A stretch of DNA of 57,452 bases, filler included, from Sphacelaria rigidula (taxonomy: Eukaryota), in assembly GCA_964200075.2 (NCBI GenBank). It is 8 parts of 8 records of this genome, joined end to end, with 100 filler letters (N's around TTAATTAATTAA, not from the genome) between each part and the next. Parts side by side here need not be neighbours in the genome. Positions count along the whole stretch, not along the records: positions 35,973 to 43,066 come from CAXNAA020016516.1; positions 43,167 to 50,259 come from CAXNAA020016517.1; 6 more parts are not named here. One strand, 5' to 3'. A program made the translations under genes and the position numbers. The notes below the pieces were generated by a model that was given only the letters and a program-made list of their open reading frames with translations, made no database searches and was not told the DNA's origin. This document shows, piece by piece, positions 36,063-49,500 of the stretch. Each line of letters begins with the position of its first letter. Position 1 is the stretch's first letter.

Positions 36063-37455
36063 TATCGTACGAAGTGTAGTTAATGCTTGCGGATGATTTT
36101 GTGGGGGTATCAGAAACAGCTTGAAGGCTTCACAAACAAATAGAAGAGGCGCTAGAATACACTAGGAAACGGAGAGTGATAACGAAGGTCAACAAATGCG
36201 CGGCAGTTGTTTATAACGAAGATAAGGAAAACCCGGTAGAGTCCAAGTGGAAATGGCGATACCAGTATATACATACCTTGGCGTAGATATTTAAAAATGC
36301 TGTTTTGGGGATGCACACATGAAACAGTGATGATAGGAAAGGGTAAGGCACAGATAGGCAGAATAGAGGTGATCGTCAGAGACTCGCACCTAGACACTAG
36401 AATTAAGAGATGTATCCCGATGAATGTGATTGTACGAAAGCTGGAATATGCAGCAGAAGCATGGGCGGGGAACGTGAAGTTGGTGAAGAAGTTGGAGCCA
36501 CTACAGATGGCAACAGCTAGGAAAACACTTGGGTGCTCGAAAAAGACGAGTATTGCAGCTTTGAGAGCAGCAGAGTTGGGAATGCACCCACTTATAAAAC
36601 AAACAGAGACATGGGAAAATTGATATGCTAGTTTAGCGTCAAGAACATGCAGATGAAGAGATTGCCAGATGTATATAGTTGATAGGGTTGTTTGAAAGAA
36701 AATTACGAAAGAAAGGGCAGGCGGGAATGAGGTGGGATATAGAGAAGTCGAGAAAGCATAAAGGCAGATGCGAGGAAACCTAGACGAAGTACTGTCCAGA
36801 GGTGAAGGCGCGGGGTACAATACCAGAGAAAGGGACATGATCAAAGTAAGGGAGGAAGGAGCGCTCAAACGCAAAAGACGAGGAAGAACGCCTGAAGATA
36901 TACGGGGGTTTTAGAGGGGCTAGGGATGAAAGCATATCTGCATGGCTTAATGGACTCGGCAAAAAAACGGAAACTGAGATTTGGGGTGGGGGACCTGGAC
37001 CTGCCGGAAAGAAGAAAAAGATATACCAGTAGACGAGTGGAGGAGGAGGCAGATGAACAGCACCGCCCCTGTGATGAAGCAATAGAGAGCAGAACCCATA
37101 CATTGGCAGAGTGTGAACTACACAAGGAGGAGCGGGACGTGCTAGAAGAGGGGGAAATGCGGAACGTGAACGAAGGTGGTATGAAATCGTATGATGCCTT
37201 AGACAGCCAGTGGGCGTAGCGAGAAAACGATGGCTATACTAGGGGATACATGGTGGCGACAGACGGCGAAACAGGACGGGGATTAGATATGTAAGACCTT
37301 TTTTTGTGATATATGGAAGAAGCGTAATGAGCACCTAAATGTTGGAGGTGTCTCCATTAGGAGTTGGAACGGTGCTCCGTCTCGAGAGGGATCCGTTGTC
37401 AGTGGTCAAACGACTACGGCAAGCAACAAATGAGTACCCCCCCCTCCCCCCCCTC
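36063..37455 (+). mobile_element. 5'-truncated degenerate LINE (RT domain 5 to C-terminal Zn-finger remnant) ending in oligo(C)
   Basis: LMLADDFVGVSE (xADD motif) at ~36082, KLEYAAEAWAG, ALRAAELGMHPL and PC..AIESRTHTLAEC. Many stops and frameshifts. 3' end CAAGCAACAAATGAGTACCCCCCC. Confidence 0.88.
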
Positions 37456-40400
37456 CTCATGCTGCAATCGTCAGTTCACTACCATCGTCCGGTGACTCAG
37501 ACAGAGCCCTCCCTGCAACCGCCATGGTTCAACATTTACCTGGTTGCATTATGTGGAAGTAAAATGCTTGGTGCGCACAAGGCTAGGGCGGAAGCCCATA
37601 AGAGTAGGGCGGCTGTGCACTGCGCCAAGTTTAAAGGGTTTTTTACGAGTCGTCGTGGGTTCAATCCCCTCTCCGTCTTTTTGTGCAATAAAGATTCCCG
37701 AACTCTCGATGCGCGTACCCCGTATGACCGCCACGCGGTGGTCTAGCCGAGCATCCGGGGAATCGGCACACAAACCCGTTCGCGAGGAAAATGTTGGGTG
37801 CGATTTCCTCCTTCCTTGAAACGAAAAAAGAAACAGCATTGCCTTCGGTATAGCTCCTCACCGTCGCTAGCCTCGTGTGTCCAGCTGGCATAAGACCGAT
37901 ATGTGAACGATCGCAATCTACCGCGCAGCAGTGTAGTGTTGCGCTATTATTGCGTTAGGGTTCATGGCGTCTTTTGCCACCGTTGTGAGTTCCATGGATT
38001 AGTGGTGCAACAACGTAGCCATGCGACTTAATCTGTGTTTTGTTCGAAGTACTGTCCGTTGTGCTGGATCCACCGTATGTACTGGGCTGTGCTGTGCTGC
38101 GAACGAAAGAGCCACGTTACGTCAGCTTCCGCCCTAAGGTCTTCAGTTTCCATCGCGAATTTTTTAGAGCTTCCATCCTGTAAGTTTTGCGTTCAAATCC
38201 AATTCTGATGCTAGAACACGATTTGAGAAGTCCCCGAAACTCTCCAACGCAATGGATATAACATATGCGATAATTTGGTGCGGTGACGTATATGGTTTTG
38301 ACCTTCCACGATGATCTCTGCTGGTGAGGAATGCTTGCATATGTAATATCAGTGCACGCCCGCCAGTGCAGTGCAATTTCGGTACCATCAAGTTCTGGAC
38401 TACCAAGTGGAAAATAACATGTCACCTTCGGGTTACTGTACCAACGGCGTATCCGCTGCGCCACCTTTGAGAAAGCTCCCATCGACAATTTTTGCGCTGT
38501 CGGGGGAGAAGAAAGGAGTGAAAATTCTTTTGAAGCATCGCTCAAAAGATGCACCATCACTCAGTAGTATTTGTACGAGATTGCTAATTACTAACGACAT
38601 CCCTGATTCTGTTGGCTTCATGATGCCGCGATTCCTTCCAGGGGTGTTGAAAAACGTGACACTATCCATGCGCAGCACCAGCAGCAGAAGGTCCGCTACT
38701 GCAGTAAGCAAATGCACAACCCAGCGAACCGCAGCAGCGCTCAGCCTCTTCTCAGTCAGAAATACCAGTGATCAACGATGTCCTCGCTTCGATCTGATGG
38801 CGAAAACGACATTCGCGGGTGTTCACGCGACAGTAGTCATGCCCGCGAAGGATTTGCCCGTCGAAGGACAATGGATGCAGCGTCCGCAAGAACTGATCCC
38901 GTACCCGACATAAACGTGTCGCCTGTATGGACCATGGGTGGTGCGGTGTCACTCTTGGCTGCTGGGAGCATACAAACCACAAGAAGGCGTAGGTGAGTTG
39001 ACAAGAGGGGGGGGGGGGCTTCATGGATATTACTGGAACTGCATCTCTCTAATAGGCTCGGACAGCTGCGAGGGTTGAGGTCTTCCAACAGTACTTGTAT
39101 ACGGTACAGGGTACTACAACTGTAACTGTACACTGTCTTCACACTGTACCAGCATCGTATCCATTTTTATTCTTCCGTTCTGCTTCCGAGTGGACTGTAT
39201 CCAAGAGTATGTCAACTTTTCATCTCCTCAACCAGACGCCGCAGCACGAAACCACGATGTTGCTGTTGAGAGGGACTTCCAGCATAGACAAGGCCGCTCA
39301 ATGTTGTTAGTATATATCGAGTCGAAGTGGGGGTTGAGACTGCTGCCGATTCGCCACGAGGCTACACACCGCTACGTTGCGTGATGGCTCGCTAATTGAT
39401 ATGGCGTCTTCAAGTATTTACACTATATTTTGATGTGAATAAGTTTGCGGTGGCAGCCTTGGCCGGACTGACACGAAGGGCAAGGGCAACGACTGCGTCT
39501 TTCGAGTTAGCACGCCGGAAAAGACCTCCGGCATGCAACCAACAATCAGCGGCAATGCACAGGGTTTTTGTGGAGTAAGTATGAGTGTCGGGAGCTGCTG
39601 TGGTAGGTAGGTATCAGCAAGGGTCGGTGTATATGTATTTCGGGGTGTATACACACTGAACAAGGAGAGGTGTCGACAAATGCGAGAAGATGCCGTCAGC
39701 ATTTGAAGATTACGGCGAACAACACCCCGAGGCGATGGGTATCCAAAACTCGAGTTTCTCGGGAGCGAGCAATACCCGGCGCGCCCGGTATGATCCATGT
39801 TCCGGAGGATCCGACTAAAATGCTGCTGATAAGACACCGTCTGGTGGCATGACCACCATGGATTTCGAGGGGGGGGGAGGGGGGCGCCAACGAACGCCAT
39901 CTGTCTGTGCAGAACAAGTGTCTAAAATAAGATAGTAAGACCGGAACGTTCATGAAGGTGCACGCCCCCCTATAGTAAATGCTGATCGATCCCTTATAAG
40001 CAACGGCGATTGGTTGAGTGCGATAATTTGCGCGTATGCCATACTGGTTAATCGACCCACTTGTTACTTGACCCACTTGAAGTAAACACTGAACAATAAT
40101 ACTCCGCACTGTATCGCTATTGCTGTGTGCGTTCAACTCGTAAGTGTAGTATTGGAAATCCACGACGTTGCTCCAGCTATCAGCAAGCGTTGCAAATTCG
40201 TTCTGGCACGCTTGCCTCACTGCATGGTATGCACTCAGTGCAGACACTAAACTCCCGGATCATGACTCGGGTCTCATCGAAAGGGATTTTCCCCTTTCGA
40301 AAATTCCCTATTTGAGGGAACCGCCGCTGATTGGTCGCTGCGATACCCCCCCCCCCTCCAACCCCAATAAAATATGCCCCAAAAATTGTATGCAACCTTA

Positions 40401-41229
40401 ACGGAAATATGGATGCCTCGTTGACAGGGGTACATGTAAAGGCTTGTCACACAGCCCATCACGATCAGAGGTGAGCCTGAGGACCTTGGTGCCTCCACAA
40501 ACCAAAAACACACATTATTGGGTGTGACGTTGATCAAATTTGTTCAGAGGTCGAGGAGGAACGATGAGTTGTATGAGACACGCACACAGCGCACACGCGC
40601 AACACGCGAACAGCAACGACACGGATTCGGCTGTAAGGATCATTATGACCCACACTCCTATTTGGAGATCATCGAATTTTTGGGAAGCTGACAAGGTACG
40701 GTATACCTGATGACTCTCAACCGCATGCGAGCGCCGCGGTTGACATACAGGGCAGCTATCCGAAGTTCTGCGGTGCACTTCGATTTTTTCGTTTTTTTTT
40801 AAATGAAGCTTCGGAGAACAACCTAGACGCTTCATGTTTGGAGAAGTCTGAACGCAGAGTACGAAAAGTCTGAAGTTCTGTGGCATCTTCTTCGAGAAGG
40901 CAGTGTCAAACATAGTACATGAGCCGAATTGAGGGTGAACGACCACATTTTTTCCCTAGCGATTTCTCACGCGGGGTTGTCGAGTTACTAGACCCTAAAA
41001 TCTTGCCCGTTCTTTTGGGACGTTTCGAAAGTCTGTGTAGAGGTTTATTTTTCGCCAGATATCCGGGATTCCAGGAGCCGGTGTGATCTGATTTGGGGTT
41101 TCGAAATATCCCAGAGCACACGTTTGCAAAATTTCAGGGTCCAGGTCGAAAAACCGCGTGTGAGAAATTGCGCACGTGTGCGCCTAAGTGCACAAAATGT
41201 ACGCGGAATCCCCCCTAATACAGTAGCTC

Positions 41230-41760
41230 GATTATACCATGTTCCCAACCAACCTTCTTCTTGTGCTTATAAGCTTCCATCAACCGTTCGGGATCAGCTT
41301 TTCGAGTTACGCAACAAAGCTCTGTACGATCGTTCCTTGGACCACGTCGGAAAGAGTCACATTTGCTTTTCATTTTGAGGCCATTTGCACCGACTTCTGG
41401 GGGTCTTTCTGCTGGGCCCCCCGGAAGCCGGTAGATAACGGAAAATTTGAAGTATTCTTCAATGATATTTTTCTAACAAAATCAACCATATCTACGGAAC
41501 TGCCTAGTTTGAGGATCATTGCAGTTTTTCCCCCGCAGGTACAAGGGAAACCGTCAACAACAGGCTTTCCTTGTGGATCTTTGATGAATATCATCAGTGG
41601 AAATCCGACGACGCCAAAACCCCACATCACCGACATGCCATGATTCGGGGCATAACTCGATCCCATGCAAACTGTTTTCAAATATACGTTGTACATTAGA
41701 TTACCTAGCTGATGGTAGTTACCAATATTTGATTCATGATGAGATTGGGCACAAACTGTG
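41230..41760 (+). repeat. Dispersed non-coding repeat, homologous to ~21690-22200
   Basis: Colinear shared blocks as listed for 21690-22200. Confidence 0.8.
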
Positions 41761-42447
41761 TCGGGAAGAATTCGCATCCGAAATCTCAGAACAATTTAAT
41801 TAAAGACCCCTCCCTGATTGGCCGAGAAGCACTTACACTATCACCACCACGGCAAACGACGTCAGAAAAATTCTGGCTGTGTCACACTGCTCGCTTGCCC
41901 AAGGGGGTCACTATGATACCAAATACGTTTTTATCGGGTGAATTTCGCGTTCTGTATCTTGTGGGGAAAACATTTAAACATTTTAGGCATTCACCCTGAA
42001 CCAGCCTGTGGAGGTAAACTTGACACGCAAGCGGCCGCTATTCCTAAAACGGAACGGATATCTTTCAAGCACAACCGATGCTGTTCAGATGAGCAAGGAC
42101 TGGCGCTGAAACTAATGCGCGTGAGTGGTGGGTGTCTATGGATGTTTTTTCTGTGCTTGGTGTGTAGGTGTGGTGTTGCCTTGTTGGGTCTTGTTTGTGG
42201 CAGGGAATATGTTAAACTATCGACCAGTTTCAGAACCCGTGCATCTCTCAACGTGTGTGCAGATATGGGCTTCGATCTGGATAGAAGCCGTACATAAGAC
42301 CCAAACTGATCGCTGATGAAAACCTTTCGGGGTCACTTTTCTTCCGTGTATAACTGACTCCACCTCGCTAACATCACATATAGTAAAATAATCACGGAAA
42401 CATATCGTACATGCGCTTAGGAGCGTCCCGACTACTGAATCGGGAAG

Positions 42448-42941
42448 GCGGGAGGGGGGGAGGGGGTACTCATGATCTTGCATGCCGTAGTCATGAGGCC
42501 ATTGACCTCGCGTCCCTACAAAGCCGGGACCGAGCACGCCCAGTTTACGCCGGACCAGACTCGCAACCACCCAAGGGCGAAGCGCCCTTGTGTGTTCGGT
42601 GGGTCGCATGAGTGGTGGCCTGCATCCTGACAAGATAATCATGCATATACAGTAGATGGTGACCTTGCATGGGTTGCTTCATTTTGTGAAGTCACCACTT
42701 CCAGAGACAGCCACGGGTTACACACTACCTCATGAGTGTTTCATAAAAAACATGCCGCGTAGAGCGATTATCCCTTTTGCGCGGAGTTCGAGTTCTCCAC
42801 CCCCCACAATATGATCTAGTTCGACTACCATCATAGTCACCGCAAGAATCGAAAGTGGAAAAAACGGTAGCGTCGCTGCCTAGCTTACGCAGTGAGAGAC
42901 GAGTTTCTCAACACCGTTGGCAACCGGCACCAACCCTCAAA
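42448..42941 (-). mobile_element. ~500-bp non-coding retroelement with tail type B, copy 2
   Basis: Reverse complement starts ...AGGGTTGGTGCCGGTTG like 8568 and shares GATCATATTGTG.GGGGTGGAGAAC and GTGTGTAACCCGTGGC.GTCTCTGGAAGTGG. Ends GAGTACCCCC. Confidence 0.82.
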
Positions 42942-42944
42942 CAG

Positions 42945-43066
42945 GGGTGGTGGCGGTGGGTGTACTCATGATCTTGCATGCCGTTGGTAGGAGGAGGGGG
43001 AGGGGGGGTGTACTCATGATCATGCATGCCATAGTCATAAGACCATAGACCTCGCATCCCTACAAA
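42945..43066 (-). mobile_element. Two further stacked tail-type-B 3' ends
   Basis: Two more GTACTCATGATC.TGCATGCC units, each next to a G-rich run (C-tail on minus). Confidence 0.8.
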
Positions 43067-43166
43067 NNNNNNNNNNNNNNNNNNNNNNNNNNNNNNNNNN
43101 NNNNNNNNNNTTAATTAATTAANNNNNNNNNNNNNNNNNNNNNNNNNNNNNNNNNNNNNNNNNNNN
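43067..43166. other. Artificial contig spacer
   Basis: N44-TTAATTAATTAA-N44. Confidence 0.98.
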
Positions 43167-44378
43167 GGCAAACTTCATCGCACAAAGGCCAAACCCTTCA
43201 CGCCGTTCTAGGGAGTTAGACCATGAATTTTTGCACAACTGTGCTTTGGAACATTACGCAACTTTTGACGTTTAAAAAAAAAAAAATGTCTTGTTACCGT
43301 TTTACGGGGGTCCGATTGGATCGAGGTTTCCTTAAAAGAACTGGGACCCCCGAAAAACGGGGGGAGAAGTAAAAAAATTGAAAAACCCCGTTCCTGCAAA
43401 GTTGCGTCATGACCCATGGAACATTCATGTACAATTTCAGGGTCGAACTCCTCAAAACGGCGTGAAGTTTTGCCGATGAGTGTTTTTTGGGTGATAAGCA
43501 TAAACCAGCTTGTATCCTATACCAAAGTTGGTGTAAAATATAACCGGTGGCGGCAACCTCCATACATACTGGACAGCCCTCGTCGCCAGCTAAGGTTCGA
43601 CCTCAGTTCCAGGTTAATCGACGGTATAAGCTGGCCCAGTTTACAGCCCTGGGCTAAGGTCCACGTCGATTTTTATACGACACCTGACTGACTGCAGGTA
43701 TTTTTTTGGCGACTTTCCAACGCAGAGGGAGCGAAAAACAGGGAGCAAAAAACTATACATGATCAAAAAAAGGTATCACGCCAACAAAGCAGTATACTTC
43801 GTATATGCCATCATGTGTGTTGCATAAGTCGGGCAGTTCATGAGCTACCTGAATATCATCTCTTGTCAGTGTACTGATCCGGATCATGAGCTAGTTCATC
43901 TGGTCCCTTGCCCCCCCGATGTCTGGTGCCCACAGCGCTGAGCGCCGAGCACGCGAAGTAGCGCCGAGGTGCAGTTATACCCGTTGATGGGGCCCGATTT
44001 TGGGCATTATATACCGGGAAAACGGACCGACCAACTACATGGTCAGTTGAATGCAGAAGAAATGAGACCTAAATGAGCCAATCAGTATCAATCACAAGTA
44101 CACGCGTCACTCGAAATTACGACGGCGCTCATACAAAATGTACCATTGCTATACGAGCTGGACCAGCAGTAAATCCCGCATTCGCTTTCCACACCCAACT
44201 TCTCAAGTTTTCCAAATCACCCTGACTTGAGGATATCGCTGTGAAGTGCAGACCAACCTGGTAACACACGGCACCGCCGCTGAAGAAAGGGGAAAAATGG
44301 AAAATAATGTACTGCATAATAGATGACCTCAACGACGGACGACAAAAAGAAGAGAATATGTCGGGATTCGAACTCATG

Positions 44379-44726
44379 TGTTGTGTTGTCGTGCCATCTA
44401 TTCTGGACGCCGGTCTACACCTTTCGGTATATGTGAGCGCACCAGCCGGGGTCACACAGGAGGAAGGTCAACACAGGGGCTTTTTTTATTTGTTTTTAGT
44501 ACCCCCAATTTCCTTCTGCGGTGCTTCCTTTTATTTTTTATCGCGGGAGAGGTTCAGCAGTCCCCTTCCCTCGTCGACCGTTAAGTCGAATTTTGTGTAC
44601 CTACGACATATTCGCTCTCCACTGTTGGGAATGGTGTGAGAAAAAATCCCAGATCGCTCCGAAATTCGAACCCACGACCCAACCGTCAGAAGGTCTCGTG
44701 ATTACCAATTGAGCGACCGGGGCGAC
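44379..44726 (-). mobile_element. tRNA-derived SINE, copy 5 (full length) with 6-bp TSD
   Basis: Head GTCGCCCCGGTCGCTCAATTGGTAA...GGGTTCGAATTTCGGAGCGATC and tail ACAACACAACA. CTCATG at 44373-44378 and 44727-44732. Confidence 0.9.
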
Positions 44727-45470
44727 CTCATGACCTCCATAATTGACTCCTGTATCACTTGGATTAAAGGGGCGCGGCGGTGTCACACGAAAAGTGCGAT
44801 GCCGCGCCCAACTTCAGGTATTTTTGGCCGAAACTTACCAGAATGTCGTTGACGCGAGTGCCCTTATGTGTTAAAGCGTTGTCGTCGTTTTTTCAATTCG
44901 TTAGGAAGTTATAGCATTTTCCCTTTGTTGCTGAAACTTCAACTCGCTCTAACTTCCTGCTTTCCCCCCCCTCTGCACCCCCAATAGGGTTGCGCGGGTT
45001 GATGATAAACATTTCGTGTCAAATTGTAGCGCCTAACGCTTCGAATTACCAATGACATCTCCCCTCTTCGTTAAAGAATCACAGTCAGCTGGTCCAGCTC
45101 GTAGTAAATTCACCTGTACACAGGGTTACAACGACAGGAGGATAGAAGCTGCTGCTGGTGTTGTTGTTGTGCCTATTGTTGCAGTATGTTGTTGTGCTTA
45201 TCTTTCAACGCAGATATCTCGGCAACGAAGCAGGGGATTGGACTGCGGTTTGATGCGTGCGCTTCCCACACACCGGAACTTTTCAGTGTGGCGGCGGATT
45301 TTCGTAACGCGTGCCGCGGAGCCCACAGCACTTTGCAAACCGCCAAAATGTACTGAAAAACGCGTCTTCTTCAACGTTCTGGGGCTTTCCGCATCCGCTG
45401 TGGCGAATTGAGCAAATCCGCGGACATAGTGAATATATATAGTGTGTGTGCGGGGGGCTGTGAAGTGTCA

Positions 45471-45850
45471 CGCACGCGGCCATTCGGCTACCCCCACAAA
45501 AATCCTCGATCGCGATTTTCATCTTCTCCAGGGTAAAATACCCTTTAGAGGGTATTTCATCCCAGGTGCGGTCATAAACGAATCCTCTGGAGGGCAACTG
45601 ATGCTCCAGTGACCTCTGAGGTCTGAATCCCTCGAGAGTAACAAAAGAGATGGTGCTCTGGAGGGCCGCGCCTCCTCCAAATTCCTCAGGAGGGGCGCGC
45701 GGTCCTCCAGAGGCAAAACAAGCCTCTGAAGGCGTTTGGACCCACCCCGCTGGAGGGCCGCGCACCCTCTGGAGGAATTCAATTCCTCTGGAGGCTCAAA
45801 AAGTTGACCGGAACAGAGTATTTTTGAGGGTAGCCGAATGGCCGCGTATG
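45471..45850. mobile_element. CAC...GTG MITE, copy 3
   Basis: TIR CGCACGCGGCCATTCGGCTACCC / GGGTAGCCGAATGGCCGCGTATG with CA on both flanks. CCTCTGGAGG repeats. Confidence 0.85.
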
Positions 45851-45947
45851 CACAAGCCGATTTGCTTCCTGTCTCGAGAAAAAATCGATGAACCCAGATA
45901 ACTTGGGATGGAGAGTGTGTTCTGGTCGGCAGAGGTTCGGCGCAGGT

Positions 45948-46522
45948 TAGGCTTTTGCTTTTATGCGCGCATATACTTTTGCATGAAACGGGGTTTTGCG
46001 CATAAGCGCATGCGTTTTTAAAAAATATATATTTTTGGAGATTTCAGCATAACAAAGGCATAAAAGCTAAGTTTTACGTATAACTTGGCGCACATAGTAC
46101 TCCAACGAGATTATGCACCCTACGTCCAGCAGCTACTGTAGTAGCTGCCAACGGGTGCTCCATGTGGCGTGGTTCGTGGAGTCGCGGCGTTTGTGTTCGT
46201 AAGTTCTTTTTTTGAACTTTGTTGCGTGTCTGATATCGGTTATGGTGCTGTATGTGAGCATGTTTACGTGAAACTGATGAAAGAAAAATGAAATCTCGAA
46301 ATGTTCAACGTGCCGTCTTGTTCTCGTGCTGGAAGGTACGTTCCATGGGCGGTGCCGCCAGGAACCCGCCAGGGACCGCCTCAAGAAGGACGCGAAAAAG
46401 ACGCAAAAGTCGCGCGTATTTCATCAAAATACGCATAAATGGGCGCATCATGTTCACTTTTGAACATGAAAAAAATGGGAAATCGCGCAAAAAAAGAAGT
46501 GCGCATAAAGCGCAAAAGCCTA
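45948..46522. mobile_element. hAT-type MITE (575 bp) with a TIR related to the 32219-33898 element
   Basis: TIR TAGGCTTTTGC.TTTATGCGC / GCGCATAAAGCGCAAAAGCCTA. 8-bp flanks GCGCAGGT and GCTCAGAT (6/8). GCATA subterminal motifs. Confidence 0.8.
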
Positions 46523-49500
46523 GCTCAGATTCGGCACAGGTCCGACCAGTCTATGACGTCTTCCGTAGGCCTTCAATATCCCTCCGCGTTCATCTTATTT
46601 TTTCTTCACAACGGGTTTTTGGTCGGCAAGGCCGTCATTCACGGGCATAACAGTAGTGCTTTCGCTTGTTCTCTGACCATGCACTCACGTATTTAGTTTG
46701 TATGGACAACGGATCAGAGAGTCCTCTTCGATAAGTTATTCCAGGTAGCTCATGAGCTGTTCAACGTGTGATATGTTGTCATTACCCTTTGCACGCTGTA
46801 CGTACTCGCAGTCGTCCAGGAATCCATGGCTACGCAGGCATCCGGGGATAACTTGAATTCTTGAGTGAATACGACACTACAACCCGTTCGATGAGCAAGA
46901 ATGAGGTCCCAAAAAACAGTACAGTAGTGGGCGGTCTAACTTTTTAGGGGTGTTTTGGGGTTTTCCTCGCATACTACTCTTCGGTAAAACTTGAAATTGC
47001 TAGCGTCGGTAGGTTTTGGTACAAATATTAACTCAGCTTCAAAACACAGTGCCCAAGTCAGTGTTAGTTGGTGTTATCGGGCGAAACGGGTAAATACTCC
47101 GTTCATCAGGAGGGTGTTATTGACCGTGAAAAACAGTTTTTCGGCCCCAGTGCACTGAGTAGGCAGAATTTCAAAAAAATAAAACTGTACATTTCTCTGA
47201 AAATATGATCGGGACGGGCTCGATCGATTGAAAATACATAAGAGTAAGGGCCTGGGCTGAATCGTGGCAGGACCCCCGATGACCGGTCAGCCCGTAAGTT
47301 ACACAATATTGAGTACAGATGACTGTTTCTTCTTGGAATGTAGAGCGGATACCAATATCTTCAGATCCCCGATGTGATGAGGGGCGGCAAGCGAGAAAAG
47401 CCCAAGAATATCATCAATTACGAAAAAATCACAAAATGCCACAAAACGAATAGGCAGACCGACCGTTACTGTACACGTGCTCATGAAACATCACAACGGT
47501 ATTATAAGTGGACAACCTTCAGCCTTCTGAATAAACGACAAATGATACACGCTGCACCTGACTGCACGACACCGTTGCACCACGACCAGTGTAACGTTGG
47601 ACTGAGTGTTGTAGTAGCTGCATCCAAGCCAACGTTATAGCTCCCCCGCAACCTTTGCAGCCATGGTACAAGAAGGATGGAAAATCGCCGTACGAATCAA
47701 TGACACAACAGGTAAGTTTAGGCCCAGAGCAAGCATCTCATTCGTGTCGTACCGTGTAGGTGGTGTGAAGGGTGCTGGAAAAGGAAGCACAAACGAACAG
47801 GTATCAGTTACGCCGCCATGATCATATTCAAACGTATCGGACCGAGGTAATAACGCTGCTGCGGTCCACAGGCCCGTACCAACTATACCCATGTACCCGC
47901 TTTACATGCTCTTATGGTACAAAAGTGTTCGGTACGAGCGTAATCGGTGAAGAGGCTTCTCGTGAGCCCTGACTGTGTTGAGGTTCAACGAGGCACTGCA
48001 ATGTGCATCGCAGTGTTTTTCATCGCAAAAATGTACACCCCGATAACAGTACGATGAGAGACTTTTGTTGTAGACGAATCGAGCACGGCAGCGAAAGCTC
48101 TGTAACACGGTGCAGTTTTTCTGACATAGCAGCCATGTGTGCACTTACAGCACGACGTACCCAACGAAAACTGTACCTTTCTTTAACCTCACAGTAGTGA
48201 CGCCCATAGAGTGCGTCGGTCTGGGATGGACGTGAGCTTCGCGTGTTTGAAGCGTGTGCGAGGGAGGGGGGAAGATTATCTCTTCATTCATCGGCCTTTA
48301 CCCCTTGCGTTGTGTGTGTCGTGCGCACTAGAATAGCACGCCGACCGTGAATTTTTGTTGGCATCGTGCGGTATGCTCGTCGGGTATACGTCTGAGCTAC
48401 TTTACGTTTGAATGCTTGCATTGGCCGGTTGGTGTCAAGTTTAGACGTTTGAAGCGAAGCGTGGAAGAGCTCTGCAGGATATTTAGCTCACCTCTTCACT
48501 ATCGGTTGTGCTCAAGTTTACACCGAAGCATATCGCATTACTCGGTGGTGCTCCTCCTTTCTGAGGGGAGAATACTCAAGTGTTCATCAGCGGGCTCCCG
48601 AAAGGTCGCAGGCGGGCACTCTGAACTTTTCTGAAGGTCGACGCAATGTGATTTCCTTTGTTATTGCACCGCAGCACAGGGCGAATCTTGGGCTGCTTCT
48701 TCGTGTGTTCTAGCCCAATGAACTTCGATCGAAAATATGCGGTGGAAAAGGGAAAATCCGATCTTAAGCCGTTTCTTCCGGTTTGTTTTCCCCCTCGTAT
48801 TTGGCACTGGGCCCACGGATAGAGGCGAGAATTATGAGTTCCAAGGTTTCTCGACCAATCAGAGTCTTCAAATATACCAAAATGCGGCGACCTTTCTTCA
48901 ATTAGATGAGATATATGAGAGGGAGGTATATCAAAAAGCAGCTTTGATTGGTCTACACATTACGCCGCTGCGACACAGACAGCTGCTGCCAGCAATAAAC
49001 GAGGATACAGCAGCTCCGTGCTGGCTCAGTTTGTTTGTCCCAACCTGCACGCACACGCTTGGCGTGTCTTCCCCCATCACAGCCCCCGACTGTAACTGAA
49101 GCAGCAGAGAAGACTCAACAGACAGCTGTACAGCCGTCACGTGACGATTGTTTCAACCTTTCCTTGTTTCGGCAGCATCTTGATCCCACCCCAATTCTGT
49201 GCAGCCCGAAACACGGCATGCAGCAGTGCAACTGCTCAGGCACCGTCCAATGCACATCGCACCGTGATCGTCGAAGAGTGTTAGGATGCCTAACAGCACA
49301 GCGAGAACTACAGCATTGAAATGATGGGCATGCTATGAACGTTTCAACGGTGTGTAGAGAGCACTGCGTGCCGACAACCTTATTTTTCATAGAGACGAAC
49401 GGAATGACAATATAAAGCAACTCAGGCACTCCCAGCGGAGATCAAACCGTCTCTACGAAGGCCCGAAGTCGCCACAGCGCAGCGACAGCTACAGCACACA

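Noticed and set aside
45520-45800. Palindromic CCTCTGGAGG repeats as CRISPR or operator array
   Set aside because: They are internal repeats of a dispersed MITE with TIRs.
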